DNA from: Nanobdellota archaeon
GTDB lineage: Archaea > Nanobdellota > Nanobdellia > Pacearchaeales > GW2011-AR1
NCBI GenBank assembly: GCA_021799535.1
Contig: JAJZAH010000004.1
Span: 6,450 to 70,449 of the forward strand
Direction of reading: 5' to 3'
DNA: 64,000 nucleotides
The translations under genes were made by a program, and so were the position numbers. The notes under the pieces were generated by a model, which saw only the letters and a list, made by a program, of their open reading frames with translations, made no database searches and was not told where the DNA came from. The stretch's first letter is position 1; each line of letters opens with the position of its first letter. Positions 48,671 to 58,096 of the stretch are shown in pieces.

Positions 48671-48817
48671 TTATCCAAAATATTTTCTTATTGCTTTTTT
48701 ACTGACAATTCGCTTTGGAAATCTTCTTTTATAACCCGAAACTCTTATTCTTTTAGAGCTGAAAATTCCTGTACTTATCTTTTTATAATGCCCCCTAACA
48801 TTCAGTCTTTTTTTCAT
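48671..48817 (-). CDS. Possible very basic 48-aa protein upstream of the PIN gene
   Basis: Hand-translated: MKKRLNVRGHYKKISTGIFSSKRIRVSGYKRRFPKRIVSKKAIRKYFG. It ends 9 nt before the PIN ATG. There is no homology support. Confidence 0.25.
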   Translation of the reverse strand: MKKRLNVRGHYKKISTGIFSSKRIRVSGYKRRFPKRIVSKKAIRKYFG

Positions 48818-48968
48818 ATTTTTTTTAGGTGTTTCTTCCTTAAAACCTTTTTCCTATCCCGTAACTCTTAAATAAAATCACTCCCTTGAATAATCATGAA
48901 AAACGTTATGAAATATGCCCGGCGGGACGCTCTCGGGGCTGTGGTTTACGTCGTGGCTGTCGCTCTCC

Positions 48969-49157
48969 TTATGTATTTTTTGAGTAGAATATCTTTCTTA
49001 GCTTCCTTAAAAGAATAATCTCTTCTTCCGTCGCCGGATCCTCAGCTTTACGTCTAAGGAGTTCAGAAATCGAAATTCCTAAAGATTCCGCTTCTTTCTG
49101 AAGTTTAGTCAGTTTTTCCGTCTCTATCTGAAGATGTATCTGAGAATTCATTCTCAT
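48969..49157 (-). CDS. Ribbon-helix-helix (CopG-like) protein
   Basis: 62 aa. IHLQIETEKLTKLQKEAESLGISISELLRRK follows the RHH pattern. Confidence 0.5.
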   Translation of the reverse strand: MRMNSQIHLQIETEKLTKLQKEAESLGISISELLRRKAEDPATEEEIILLRKLRKIFYSKNT

Positions 49158-49339
49158 TTTTACTCTCTAGCCTCCTCACTACTCTTTTTAAGATTTGTAT
49201 GGCTTCTTCCCCTACATCCTCTTTTATGTTTATCATATGGTATTAACCTAAAGTTAATAGTACCATGATTACTATATAAATCTTTCGCAGTATTTCCTTT
49301 AAGAGAATACTTTAAAAACTTGATTAATTATAATATTGT

Positions 49340-50095
49340 ATGAATAAGATCGGAAGAACACCTATAAAAATTACAGAAAGTTTGCCTTTTAGTGAGGTGA
49401 TTCTTTTGGTGGCTTCAGACCAAAATTATCCTCAAAAAATTGCAGAGATAAGAAAAACAAAACCTTCAGCAATTGTAAAACAATTAGATATCTTAAAACG
49501 TAAAAAATTTCTTAATAATCCTGTAAAAGAAAAGCTGTTAAATAAAACTCTTTACACTGTAAACTTTAATAAAATAAATGAAGAATTTATAGAGTTTATC
49601 AAAAAAAGATTAAACCAATCTCAAAGTTTAAATAAAAATTTGATACCGCTTAATATAAATTTAAATGTTTTAAACGATAAAAAGGTTTATAGAAATAGTT
49701 ATTTGACAGCTTTATTTAAAATTGTGTTTAATCGTGTTGGGTTATCACATGAAAAAGTTTCAATAAATCATTTATTTGACATAATGATTAAATACGATTT
49801 ATTATCAAAGTTTTCTTTAATCAATAGTGCATCAGAAGAAAGGGCTGTTGATAAGATTAATGAAGAGGGAAGAGCAAACTCAGGCAATCCAAGAGCCTTG
49901 ATTGATAATCAAACAGAAAGTATAAAAAAGAGCTTTGGTATAAATATCAAGAATCAAGGAGAAGAAATGAAAGAAATTGAAAATTTAAGAGAGATATGTG
50001 AACGTCTTAAAATAGATCCTCTTTTCCCAAATATTTCAACAGGATTTCAAACAAACAAGCTAAAAGAAATGCTCAAGAAAACGGAAAAAAACTAA
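49340..50095 (+). CDS. Winged-helix DNA-binding protein of the element
   Basis: 251 aa. The N-terminal YPQKIAEIRKTKPSAIVKQLDILKRKKFL is wHTH-like (ArsR/MarR-like). The rest is unknown. Confidence 0.4.
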   Translation: MNKIGRTPIKITESLPFSEVILLVASDQNYPQKIAEIRKTKPSAIVKQLDILKRKKFLNNPVKEKLLNKTLYTVNFNKINEEFIEFIKKRLNQSQSLNKNLIPLNINLNVLNDKKVYRNSYLTALFKIVFNRVGLSHEKVSINHLFDIMIKYDLLSKFSLINSASEERAVDKINEEGRANSGNPRALIDNQTESIKKSFGINIKNQGEEMKEIENLREICERLKIDPLFPNISTGFQTNKLKEMLKKTEKN

Positions 50096-50127
50096 TCCCC
50101 ATAATTTGGTCAAAAAGGTTTGCTCCT

Positions 50128-50139
50128 CGGCTGGCGCAT
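50128..50139. repeat. attR core (partial tRNA-Gly 3' copy)
   Basis: CGGCTGGCGCAT. It is not part of a complete tRNA. Confidence 0.7.
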
Positions 50140-50140
50140 T

Positions 50141-50518
50141 TTATTTTCTGTTCCCGGCATGCAAGAGATCTTTTCTTTTTATGATGAGCTCACGTGGTTT
50201 GTTTTTCAGTTTCCATGAGCCCTCCTTCATCCAGAAATACTTCACCACATCATGACCTGTAAAAACGTGGACAGGGACATCTCTTTTGTGATCACGCCAG
50301 TCCTGGGATTTCAAGGCCGTAAAGATACCCGCTTCATAGATTTCATCATCTTCAGGATTTATTCTTTCAATCACACAAAACGGGCTACCTGGAGCTATCG
50401 TATGAAGAATGACATTCTCTTTCCCTCTGAAAGAAGAGACTAACTCATCGTTCCCTTTGGAATTCCTCCCCAAAAAGATTTTCGTTCCGGTCGAAAGTAT
50501 CAGCTCCCTTGGCTTCAT
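50141..50518 (-). CDS. NFACT-R_1 / DUF814 domain protein
   Basis: 125 aa with FLGRNSKGNDELV...ILHT..PGSPFCVI, the DUF814 pattern. Confidence 0.6.
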   Translation of the reverse strand: MKPRELILSTGTKIFLGRNSKGNDELVSSFRGKENVILHTIAPGSPFCVIERINPEDDEIYEAGIFTALKSQDWRDHKRDVPVHVFTGHDVVKYFWMKEGSWKLKNKPRELIIKRKDLLHAGNRK

Positions 50519-50594
50519 GATAAGGTTAGTCTTCCATCTTTTTTATTCTTTTCTTAAAAATAAAGTTTATAAGCAAACCCCCCAAGTAATATTC

Positions 50595-51044
50595 ATGAAA
50601 GTCTACAGTAGCGGAAAAGTGGAAGAATTCTCGCCTTATGGACTCCTGACCTACATGTTATTAAGCGACCTGATTTTCGAGAAAGGGAGTATCTTCCGTG
50701 CTGAGATACTTGAAAGAAAAGTCTTATCAAATAAAGGGAATGCTCTTAATTGCTCTGTTAGGGTGAGCCCGATCTTAGCTTCCATCATAAACATAGGCGG
50801 GAACCCCGTAGGGTCAGGATGGATGAATTACATGAAATTTCTTGAAGAGGCTGGATGTAAAAAACCTCTGGGATTATACAATCTGGATTCGCTTATCGGG
50901 AAAGACGTCTATCTCCTAGCCACGGAGAGTTCCATAAACAGAACAACACGGGGCGTGATTACCCAAAAAGGATTCAACGAAATTAAATTTATGATAAAAG
51001 GGAACGATCTTGAAAAATTCATGGTTGGCAATCATCAACATTAA
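50595..51044 (+). CDS. Hypothetical protein
   Basis: 149 aa from the internal Met. TTTATAAG lies ~29 nt upstream. The 5' part of the track ORF overlaps the divergent gene. Confidence 0.4.
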   Translation: MKVYSSGKVEEFSPYGLLTYMLLSDLIFEKGSIFRAEILERKVLSNKGNALNCSVRVSPILASIINIGGNPVGSGWMNYMKFLEEAGCKKPLGLYNLDSLIGKDVYLLATESSINRTTRGVITQKGFNEIKFMIKGNDLEKFMVGNHQH

Positions 51045-51074
51045 AGTTATAAATTTAATTGGATAAGATATATC

Positions 51075-51950
51075 ATGATTTACGGATATCCCACAAATGA
51101 AAAATTTATAGACAAAGCTTATCTGCTTCTTGACAAGCTGAGAAGAAAGCAATTATGGCAGAAGGACACTTTGATCGTAGCCTTGGACAAGTCGGCAAGG
51201 CCGCTTGCATATGCCTTAAGAAAATTATCACAGGAAGAAGGGAAAGCGGCCCCAGACATGAGGTTTTTCAACTATAGCAGCCACTTTGAAAACTCTGACT
51301 TTGAACCTGATGAAGTTGCAGATTTCATAAGAGAAAAAATCGGCCCTGAAAAATTCTCGGGGTACAAAAGCATCCTCTTACTTGACGACCACCTTTATAC
51401 AGGAAACAGCCTGAAAAACATGAAGAAAGTCATAGAGAGCTATTTCTCAGGGAATGAAGGTAAAAAGGCTATAAACCTGGCCGCTCTAGGGACTACTGAG
51501 GGCCATTTCAAGATAAAAAAGAGGGATTTCATATTTGTAGATAAGGACTTATCGACCCAAAGAGCAGATGAAGCTCAAACAGGTGTAAGAGATAAAGAAG
51601 ATTACGAAAAATCGAACATTCAACTTAGCCATGTTAGACTATCTGAAAGGGAAAAGGACAAAGAAGTTTATGCAGACTTCATAAAAAACAGGGGTGAATT
51701 GGCAAGAGATATAAAAAATTATATCCACAAAAGACAGATCCAGGAAGGTAAGACAAGTCTGCTTGAAAAGGCAGTCCGGATTTTTTCAATCATTTTCATT
51801 GCCTCGGGCTTAATCTTAGGCTATGGCGGAATTACCGGGAATGTTACGGGAAATTCCGCAACGTCGGACTCATGGGGAGTTGTGCTAATTGTGTTCGGAA
51901 CACTGGGCTTGGTAATTTCGAGAAAAATTTCAAGAAACTCAAGATTATGA
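51075..51950 (+). CDS. Phosphoribosyltransferase-like domain protein with a C-terminal membrane anchor
   Basis: 291 aa. It has a PRTase-like loop (ILLLDDHLYTGNSL) and two C-terminal TM helices. Confidence 0.4.
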   Translation: MIYGYPTNEKFIDKAYLLLDKLRRKQLWQKDTLIVALDKSARPLAYALRKLSQEEGKAAPDMRFFNYSSHFENSDFEPDEVADFIREKIGPEKFSGYKSILLLDDHLYTGNSLKNMKKVIESYFSGNEGKKAINLAALGTTEGHFKIKKRDFIFVDKDLSTQRADEAQTGVRDKEDYEKSNIQLSHVRLSEREKDKEVYADFIKNRGELARDIKNYIHKRQIQEGKTSLLEKAVRIFSIIFIASGLILGYGGITGNVTGNSATSDSWGVVLIVFGTLGLVISRKISRNSRL

Positions 51951-52391
51951 ATTTCTTTTCAAAAGCCATTCATTCACAATCTTCAATGATTCTTTCTGGT
52001 CCCCGTAAGCCAGCATACCAAGAGCTCTTTTGTAATTTAACCATCTGGAATCAGCTTCTTCCCTTTTATCGATGTGAACTCTCCCCATACCGACTTCGAC
52101 AGAGTAAAGCGAAAACGTCTGCCCTTTGATTCCAGGCCGGTCCTTGAGAAGCTTCGGATAAAGGTATTTTCCCGAATACTTATGATGCTTTATGCCGACT
52201 GGGTCCAACCCTACTTCTTCTCCCAGTTCTCTTCTTACCGCACTCTTTTTTGTCTCGAACCTTTCTACCCCTCCCTTCGGGAATTCCCAACCTGACCAAT
52301 GAAGCTTTCTCTTTAAAAGAAGATATTTTGGAACACCTCTATCAAGACGATAAACAACTATGAAAACGCCTTTCCTAAACCTGAATCCCAT
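51945..52391 (-). CDS. NUDIX hydrolase
   Basis: Nudix box GWEFPKGGVERFETKKSAVRRELGEEVGL. The start at 52391 forms a TGATG overlap with the upstream gene. Confidence 0.8.
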   Translation of the reverse strand: MGFRFRKGVFIVVYRLDRGVPKYLLLKRKLHWSGWEFPKGGVERFETKKSAVRRELGEEVGLDPVGIKHHKYSGKYLYPKLLKDRPGIKGQTFSLYSVEVGMGRVHIDKREEADSRWLNYKRALGMLAYGDQKESLKIVNEWLLKRNS

Positions 52392-52642
52392 CACTTCTTT
52401 CCTTCCTCTTTTTTGGCAAAAAGTCTTGAAGCAAGTACAATTCCTCCAACGCATACCACAGTAACTGCAAGCGTCAAGAACAATTGCCCTTGAAGAGGAG
52501 AATACGAGGAAATCTTATTGACATATTGCGTTATGAGAGTATTCCACGAAAGAGCAATCAAAAGGCTGAAAGCTGAAATGATAGCTGTATTCATAGATAT
52601 GTTGAATTGGTTCCTGAAATCTGATATGACTTTTTTTACCAT
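52391..52642 (-). CDS. Small membrane protein
   Basis: 83 aa with two TM helices. Confidence 0.45.
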   Translation of the reverse strand: MVKKVISDFRNQFNISMNTAIISAFSLLIALSWNTLITQYVNKISSYSPLQGQLFLTLAVTVVCVGGIVLASRLFAKKEEGKK

Positions 52643-53070
52643 AATCTGCTGATTTTTTTAGCCTCACTTACTAAATCTTCCTCGCTTAAAAATTTTCTTA
52701 GGGAAGTCTCATTTGGATTGCTCCATTTCCTTTTAGGAATCAAATGAAAGTGCAGGTGAGGGACCGATTTTTTCGAGATCTTCATGTCTCCTTCCTTGTA
52801 ATCCACTTCGACCGCAGGGTATTTTTTTCTCAGCACATTCATGCCTGAAACTATCAGATCAAACAGGCAATTCTTCTCATTTTTTCTGAGCTTTCCCAAA
52901 TCAGTGATGTGGCGCTTTGGAATGACCAAAAGATGGTCCTTCATGTATGGAGCCCTCGCAGGAGTTATGTAAGCATAATTATTTTCTGTTATCACAAAGT
53001 CTCTTTCAGGATCACAGAACGGGCAAGCACCTTTTTTCATGAATTTTCTTAAGAAAGAAATATAGTTCAT
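52636..53070 (-). CDS. HIT-family (histidine triad) protein
   Basis: 144 aa with HLHFHLIP and an N-terminal CPFC. Confidence 0.8.
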   Translation of the reverse strand: MNYISFLRKFMKKGACPFCDPERDFVITENNYAYITPARAPYMKDHLLVIPKRHITDLGKLRKNEKNCLFDLIVSGMNVLRKKYPAVEVDYKEGDMKISKKSVPHLHFHLIPKRKWSNPNETSLRKFLSEEDLVSEAKKISRLW

Positions 53071-53148
53071 GGAAAAACCAAGTGAGGATAATTTTTAAAA
53101 CTATTTTAGCGCAATTAAATTAATAAACAAAAAGATTCACCCCTTTTT

Positions 53149-53670
53149 ATGTATCTTGGGATTGACGAGTCAAATCATGGATTGAGTCCTGAAATTTTCG
53201 TCGGTTGCATAACATCTTCATACGAAGAGGTAAAAGAAGAGAGAAAATCTTTATCTAAAATAAGAGGAGCTCCCTACAGCAGATGGAAAGACCTGCTGGA
53301 CGTCAATTACAAACATATAATATTTGGGTGGGAATTCAGAGAGATAGACCCCACAGACTATAAGATAATCGCAATAGGAGAGTTTGCAAGGAACTTTTCA
53401 GAACAATTCAAGATAAGGCAAATATTCATGGATGGGAACATAAAGAAATCCCAGCTTGAAAGAATAATGAATATCCTTGCATTTGTCGACAAAGATATAA
53501 GATTATCTTTCGGGAAAGACCTTGACAGAAAGATAAGCCTCGTGAATAAAGCAGACAATGTGGCAAATCTCTTGTTTCACGAATATGTGAAAAATAAAGG
53601 GAGAGAAAAGGACAAATACGAAAAATACTTAATCAAACCTGATTTAAAGGATTACGAAAGGTTTCTTTAA
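53149..53670 (+). CDS. Hypothetical protein (GIDES N-terminal motif)
   Basis: 173-aa ORF. MYLGIDESNHG is reminiscent of DUF3800/RNase-H-fold N-termini, but this is weak. Confidence 0.35.
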   Translation: MYLGIDESNHGLSPEIFVGCITSSYEEVKEERKSLSKIRGAPYSRWKDLLDVNYKHIIFGWEFREIDPTDYKIIAIGEFARNFSEQFKIRQIFMDGNIKKSQLERIMNILAFVDKDIRLSFGKDLDRKISLVNKADNVANLLFHEYVKNKGREKDKYEKYLIKPDLKDYERFL

Positions 53671-55042
53671 AAATTTTTATTTCCCAGCCTTCCTTGCCAT
53701 CAAGGATATCATACCCCAAAGATTTTATCTTTTCCCGAAGCTCATCAGCTTTTTTCCAATTTTTGTTTTTCCTGTATTTCTCACGTTCGTCCGCCAAAGT
53801 TCTTATCTCTCCTGGAATTTTGATATTATTTTTTTCCAGAAGCTTCAGCCCGAGAACCCCATCCATTTTCTTAATTGTCCGGTACTTTCCCTTTGCATTT
53901 TCGTCGCGGATCAATTTCCAGAGAACCTGAAGAGCTTCAGGAATATTAAGATCATCATCAATCGCGTTTTGAAACTCCTTTAGATAATTCTTGTTAAGTT
54001 CGCCATCATCCTCGATTTCTGCGATTATATTTTTCAATCTTTCATAAGCATTCTTTGCAGAATCAATCTTCTCAAAAGAAAAATAGAGAGGCTTCCTATA
54101 ATGAGTTCCTAAAACAAAATACCTGTAGACCATTGGGGAATAACCTTTCCTTTCAAGTTCAGATAAGGTCAAAATCCCCCCTTTGCTCTTGGACATCTTC
54201 TCTCCGGTTTCATCGACGAGCCATCTTTGATGCATCCAGTATTTCACCCAAGGCTTTTTCCCTGTGGCACATTCACTCTGCGCAATCTCGTTTGTATGAT
54301 GAACGGGTATGTGCTCTTCACCCCCCGTATGGATGTCAAACTGCTCCCCAAGGTATTTCATGCTCATAGCTGAACATTCAATATGCCAACCAGGAAAACC
54401 TATCCCCCAAGGAGAGTCCCACTCCTGCTGCCTCACACCAGGTTTCTCGGAAAATTTCCATAAAGCAAAATCGGTTTTATTTTTCTTCTCACCTATATCA
54501 ATTCTCTTTCCGGCTTCTAATCCCTTAAGGTCAAGCCTTCCGAGCCTCGCATAGTCTTTAGGATTTATCTTTGACGTGTCAAAATAAATCCCATCTGATG
54601 TCCTATAAGTGTAACTTTTTTTCTCGAGAGTTTTAATTAGTTCAATCTGTTCCTTAATATGTTTTGTAGCCCAAGACCAGACAAAAGGTGGTATGACATT
54701 TAACTTGCTTAGGTCTTCTTCAAATAAATCAAAATAGTATTTTGAAATCTCTTCAGCTGTCTTTCCTTCCCTTTTTGCTGCTTTCTCAACTTTATCCTCT
54801 CCTGTGTCCTCGTCAGAAGTCAGGTGTCCGACGTCAGTCACATTTATCACATGCTTGACCTTATAACCGTCATAAATTAATATTCTCTTCAGCGTGTCTG
54901 CAAATATGTAAGCTTTCAGGTTGCCAATATGCTGATACCAGTAAACAGTGGGCCCGCAAGTGTATAACCCGACATTTGGAGGGTTGATAGGCTCGAATTT
55001 TTCTTTCTTCCTTGATAAAGTGCTGTAAATTTTCAGAGACAT
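53633..55042 (-). CDS. cysS: Cysteine--tRNA ligase
   Basis: 469 aa with the HIGN (HIGH) motif in [17 protein letters not shown] and a KMSKS motif. Confidence 0.95.
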   Translation of the reverse strand: MSLKIYSTLSRKKEKFEPINPPNVGLYTCGPTVYWYQHIGNLKAYIFADTLKRILIYDGYKVKHVINVTDVGHLTSDEDTGEDKVEKAAKREGKTAEEISKYYFDLFEEDLSKLNVIPPFVWSWATKHIKEQIELIKTLEKKSYTYRTSDGIYFDTSKINPKDYARLGRLDLKGLEAGKRIDIGEKKNKTDFALWKFSEKPGVRQQEWDSPWGIGFPGWHIECSAMSMKYLGEQFDIHTGGEEHIPVHHTNEIAQSECATGKKPWVKYWMHQRWLVDETGEKMSKSKGGILTLSELERKGYSPMVYRYFVLGTHYRKPLYFSFEKIDSAKNAYERLKNIIAEIEDDGELNKNYLKEFQNAIDDDLNIPEALQVLWKLIRDENAKGKYRTIKKMDGVLGLKLLEKNNIKIPGEIRTLADEREKYRKNKNWKKADELREKIKSLGYDILDGKEGWEIKIFKETFRNPLNQV

Positions 55043-55082
55043 AAGAGAGGCAGGAGATCCAAGTTTAAAAGATTTTAGAATG

Positions 55083-55646
55083 TTACTGAAGCGTCACTTG
55101 TACATCAGCACTACTGTAAGGATTGCCGTTCTGATATACATTAACTGTGTAAACGACAGTACATGCAGGAGCGCTCTGAGGTGCTGCCACTGTGACCAAC
55201 ACAGCATTATCAAGTGCCTGACCAGGACCCAAAGGCAGGGGAGATGATGAGATTCCGCCTATAAGATAAGAGTTAGCAACCTGGGTAGTTATTGATCCCG
55301 CGCAATTTGATACATCCGTTGCACGGATAGTGTAGTTGAAAACAGCATTTGATTTTGCGTCATTATAGATTGAAAAAGCGAAACCTTGAGGGGGGCTAGC
55401 TCCCCTCTTGACGTCGACTATCCTTGAAGTGGGATATATCGCTAACTTTGTCTCCTGTCCATTCGAGAAAGCCTGGTTTATCTGGCTTGTCAACTGCTGA
55501 TTCACAGAATCTATTGCATTATTGCTTGAAGAGAAAATTTTCTGGATAAAAAAAAGCCCAAGAACAAGAACACTCATAAGAAGGACGATTGTGACAATAG
55601 TCCCAACAGACATTTCCATAGCACCTTTCGAACCGATTTTGGCCAT
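55083..55646 (-). CDS. Type IV pilin-like protein (class III signal peptide)
   Basis: MAKIGSKG/AMEMSVGTIVTIVLLMSVLVLGLFFI. 187 aa. Confidence 0.6.
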   Translation of the reverse strand: MAKIGSKGAMEMSVGTIVTIVLLMSVLVLGLFFIQKIFSSSNNAIDSVNQQLTSQINQAFSNGQETKLAIYPTSRIVDVKRGASPPQGFAFSIYNDAKSNAVFNYTIRATDVSNCAGSITTQVANSYLIGGISSSPLPLGPGQALDNAVLVTVAAPQSAPACTVVYTVNVYQNGNPYSSADVQVTLQ

Positions 55647-55647
55647 T

Positions 55648-55974
55648 TTAAGCTGCTCCCGTAAGGTTTAGCTGAGAGCTATAAAGTAAAACTGCCAGAA
55701 AAGAAACCGTAAGCACCACTATTGCAAGGAAAACGCCAACAAGGTTAAGGACAAAAGCCCATAAGTTTGACCTTTTTGAAACCTTTCCTTTTTCAATGTA
55801 AGCGAAGATTAACCCAAGAACCCCCGTAATTGCAACGCCATAAGGAAGAACAAAAGAGATCAGGATTGACAAAACCCCCAAGATTATCGAAACATTATTT
55901 TTTACACTTTGAACCGGCATATTTGCACTGGTTTCTTTCCCTGATTCCTTCCTGGAAATTTTTTTTGCCACCAT
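55648..55974 (-). CDS. Small membrane protein
   Basis: 108 aa with three TM helices. It lies 1 nt upstream of the pilin-like gene. Confidence 0.45.
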   Translation of the reverse strand: MVAKKISRKESGKETSANMPVQSVKNNVSIILGVLSILISFVLPYGVAITGVLGLIFAYIEKGKVSKRSNLWAFVLNLVGVFLAIVVLTVSFLAVLLYSSQLNLTGAA

Positions 55975-56036
55975 CTTCCTGTTTTACAAAAGGATTGCCC
56001 ATTTATAAAAGTTATTGTAAAAAGAACCTACAAAAA

Positions 56037-56108
56037 TGGGAATGGGGGGAGTCGAACCCCCGACACCATGATCTTCAGTCATGTGCTCTCCCGCTGAGCT
56101 ACATTCCC
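56037..56108 (-). tRNA. tRNA-Phe (GAA)
   Basis: GGGAATGTAGCTCAGCGGGAGAGCACATGACTGAAGATCATGGTGTCGGGGGTTCGACTCCCCCCATTCCCA, with the anticodon loop CTGAAGA. Confidence 0.9.
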
Positions 56109-56250
56109 TTCTGAAATTTGAACGTAGAGTTGGCATGCGACTTGTCGGTCTTCAACTGAGCTACATTCCCGTTCCATGAAGAAGAGGCGACTCTTTTTTA
56201 AAGTTTGTCAATACGCAAATCCATAAATATGCCCTAAACCTGCTAATTTT

Positions 56251-58050
56251 ATGTGCGGGATAATCGGCTATGTGGGAGATAGGGAGATAGTTCCCATTCT
56301 TGTCGAAGGACTGAGGAAACTTGAATACCGCGGGTATGACAGCGCGGGAATATGCGTTCTTGACAGCGGAGTTCTCAAGGCAGTCAAAAAAGAGGGAAAA
56401 ATATCTGAGCTTGAGAAAGAAGAGTCCCTCAGGTGGATTTCCGGAAAGGCTGGAATCGCGCACACGCGCTGGGCCACACACGGGAAACCCGATGAAATAA
56501 ATGCTCACCCGCACTTTGACTGCGAGAACAAGATAGCAATAGTACACAACGGGATAATAGAAAATTATCAGGCATTAAAAAAAATCCTCATAAAAGAAGG
56601 CCATACAATAAAATCTGAAACAGATTCCGAAATAATAGCACATCTTATAGAAAAATTCTACGAAGGGGATCTTGAAGAAGCAGTCACAAAAGCCCTCGAG
56701 CTTATAGAGGGAGCTTACGGGCTCGCGGTCCTGTCGAGTAAAGAAGAGAAAATTATCGCTGCAAAAAAAGGCTCTCCTCTTGTAATAGGAATAGGTGATG
56801 ACGAGATGTTTGTCGCTTCCGATGTCTCCCCGATATTAGGGTATACAAATAAGATAATCTACCTTTCTGACGGGGAGATTGCTATCATAGCAAAAGATAG
56901 GTACTTGATAAAAAATCTTGACGGAAAAAAGATCGATAAGGAAGTACATGAGATAGAGGGATCGATAAAAGAAATCGAAAAAGGTAACTTCAAACATTTC
57001 ATGATCAAAGAGATATTCGAACAGCCCGATGTGATAGAAAGCACTATAAGGGGCAGAATAAAAGGAAACAGGATAAAACTAAATCTTGACATCGACCCGA
57101 AAAAAATAAAACGTATAATTCTGATTGCCTGCGGAACAAGCTGGCATTCAGCGCTTATAGGCAAATATATAATAGAAAAATACGCAGGCATCCCATGTGA
57201 AGTGGATTATGCTTCAGAATTCAGGTACAGAAATCCTCTGATTAATGAAGATGATTTAGTAATAGCAATCTCTCAATCGGGGGAAACGGCAGATACTATC
57301 GCAGCACTGAAAGAAGCAAAAGGAAAAGGTGCAAAAGCCCTGGGAATTGTAAACGTCGTCGGATCAACAATATCAAGAGAGGTAGACTCTGGGATATACC
57401 TTCACGCGGGCCCTGAGACAGGAGTCGCATCAACAAAAGCATTTACCTCGCAAGTAATCGCGCTCCTTATGTTCTCCCTTTTTATAAGGCAGGAGAAAGG
57501 GGAGGAAGTAGATAAAGTAATCTTTGAGGAGATGGGAAAGCTTCCAGGCAAAATCAGAAAAGTTCTTGAAAGCTCCAAAAAGATAAGAGAAATAGCAATA
57601 ATGTTCAAAGACAAAAATAATTTTCTCTATTTCGGAAGAGGCATAAATTTCCCGGTAGCTTTGGAAGGAGCGCTAAAGCTAAAGGAAATATCTTACATCC
57701 ATGCGGAAGGATATCCGGCAGCCGAAATGAAACACGGTCCGATCGCACTTATAGACAAAAACATGCCTGTTGTATTCCTTGCAACAAAAAGCCCGCTTTC
57801 TTCTAAAACGCTGAGCAATATGGAAGAAGTTTACGCAAGAGGCGGGAAAATAATCTCAATTGCGAATGAACCAACACCTGAAATCCAAAAGTTTTCTGAA
57901 GAAATGATAACTGTACCTGAAACTATCGAAGAATTATCTCCAATAATAAACGTAATTTCATTGCAGCTTCTTGCTTATCATATAGCTGACCTAAAAGGAC
58001 TTGATGTGGACAAGCCAAGGAATCTCGCTAAGTCTGTCACGGTGGAATGA
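56251..58050 (+). CDS. glmS: Glutamine--fructose-6-phosphate aminotransferase
   Basis: 599 aa with the N-terminal MCGIIGY and two SIS domains, ending ...KSVTVE. Confidence 0.95.
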   Translation: MCGIIGYVGDREIVPILVEGLRKLEYRGYDSAGICVLDSGVLKAVKKEGKISELEKEESLRWISGKAGIAHTRWATHGKPDEINAHPHFDCENKIAIVHNGIIENYQALKKILIKEGHTIKSETDSEIIAHLIEKFYEGDLEEAVTKALELIEGAYGLAVLSSKEEKIIAAKKGSPLVIGIGDDEMFVASDVSPILGYTNKIIYLSDGEIAIIAKDRYLIKNLDGKKIDKEVHEIEGSIKEIEKGNFKHFMIKEIFEQPDVIESTIRGRIKGNRIKLNLDIDPKKIKRIILIACGTSWHSALIGKYIIEKYAGIPCEVDYASEFRYRNPLINEDDLVIAISQSGETADTIAALKEAKGKGAKALGIVNVVGSTISREVDSGIYLHAGPETGVASTKAFTSQVIALLMFSLFIRQEKGEEVDKVIFEEMGKLPGKIRKVLESSKKIREIAIMFKDKNNFLYFGRGINFPVALEGALKLKEISYIHAEGYPAAEMKHGPIALIDKNMPVVFLATKSPLSSKTLSNMEEVYARGGKIISIANEPTPEIQKFSEEMITVPETIEELSPIINVISLQLLAYHIADLKGLDVDKPRNLAKSVTVE

Positions 58051-58096
58051 GACGGAGCATATAAATTGTTATAAACCAAAAAGGCCGGATATTTTT

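Larger units (their letters stand above)
40968..50127. mobile_element. Integrated element (~9.2 kb) at the tRNA-Gly 3' end
   Basis: 12-bp direct repeats CGGCTGGCGCAT at 40956-40967 and 50128-50139. 14-bp terminal inverted repeats at 40969-40982 (AAACCTTTTTGACC) and 50108-50121 (GGTCAAAAAGGTTT). The integrase gene sits at the tRNA-proximal end. The interior is visibly more AT-rich. Confidence 0.75.

Noticed and set aside
56161-56547. 128-aa minus-strand ORF
   Set aside because: It overlaps the glmS 5' region antisense and the tRNA-Phe duplicate. It has no support.
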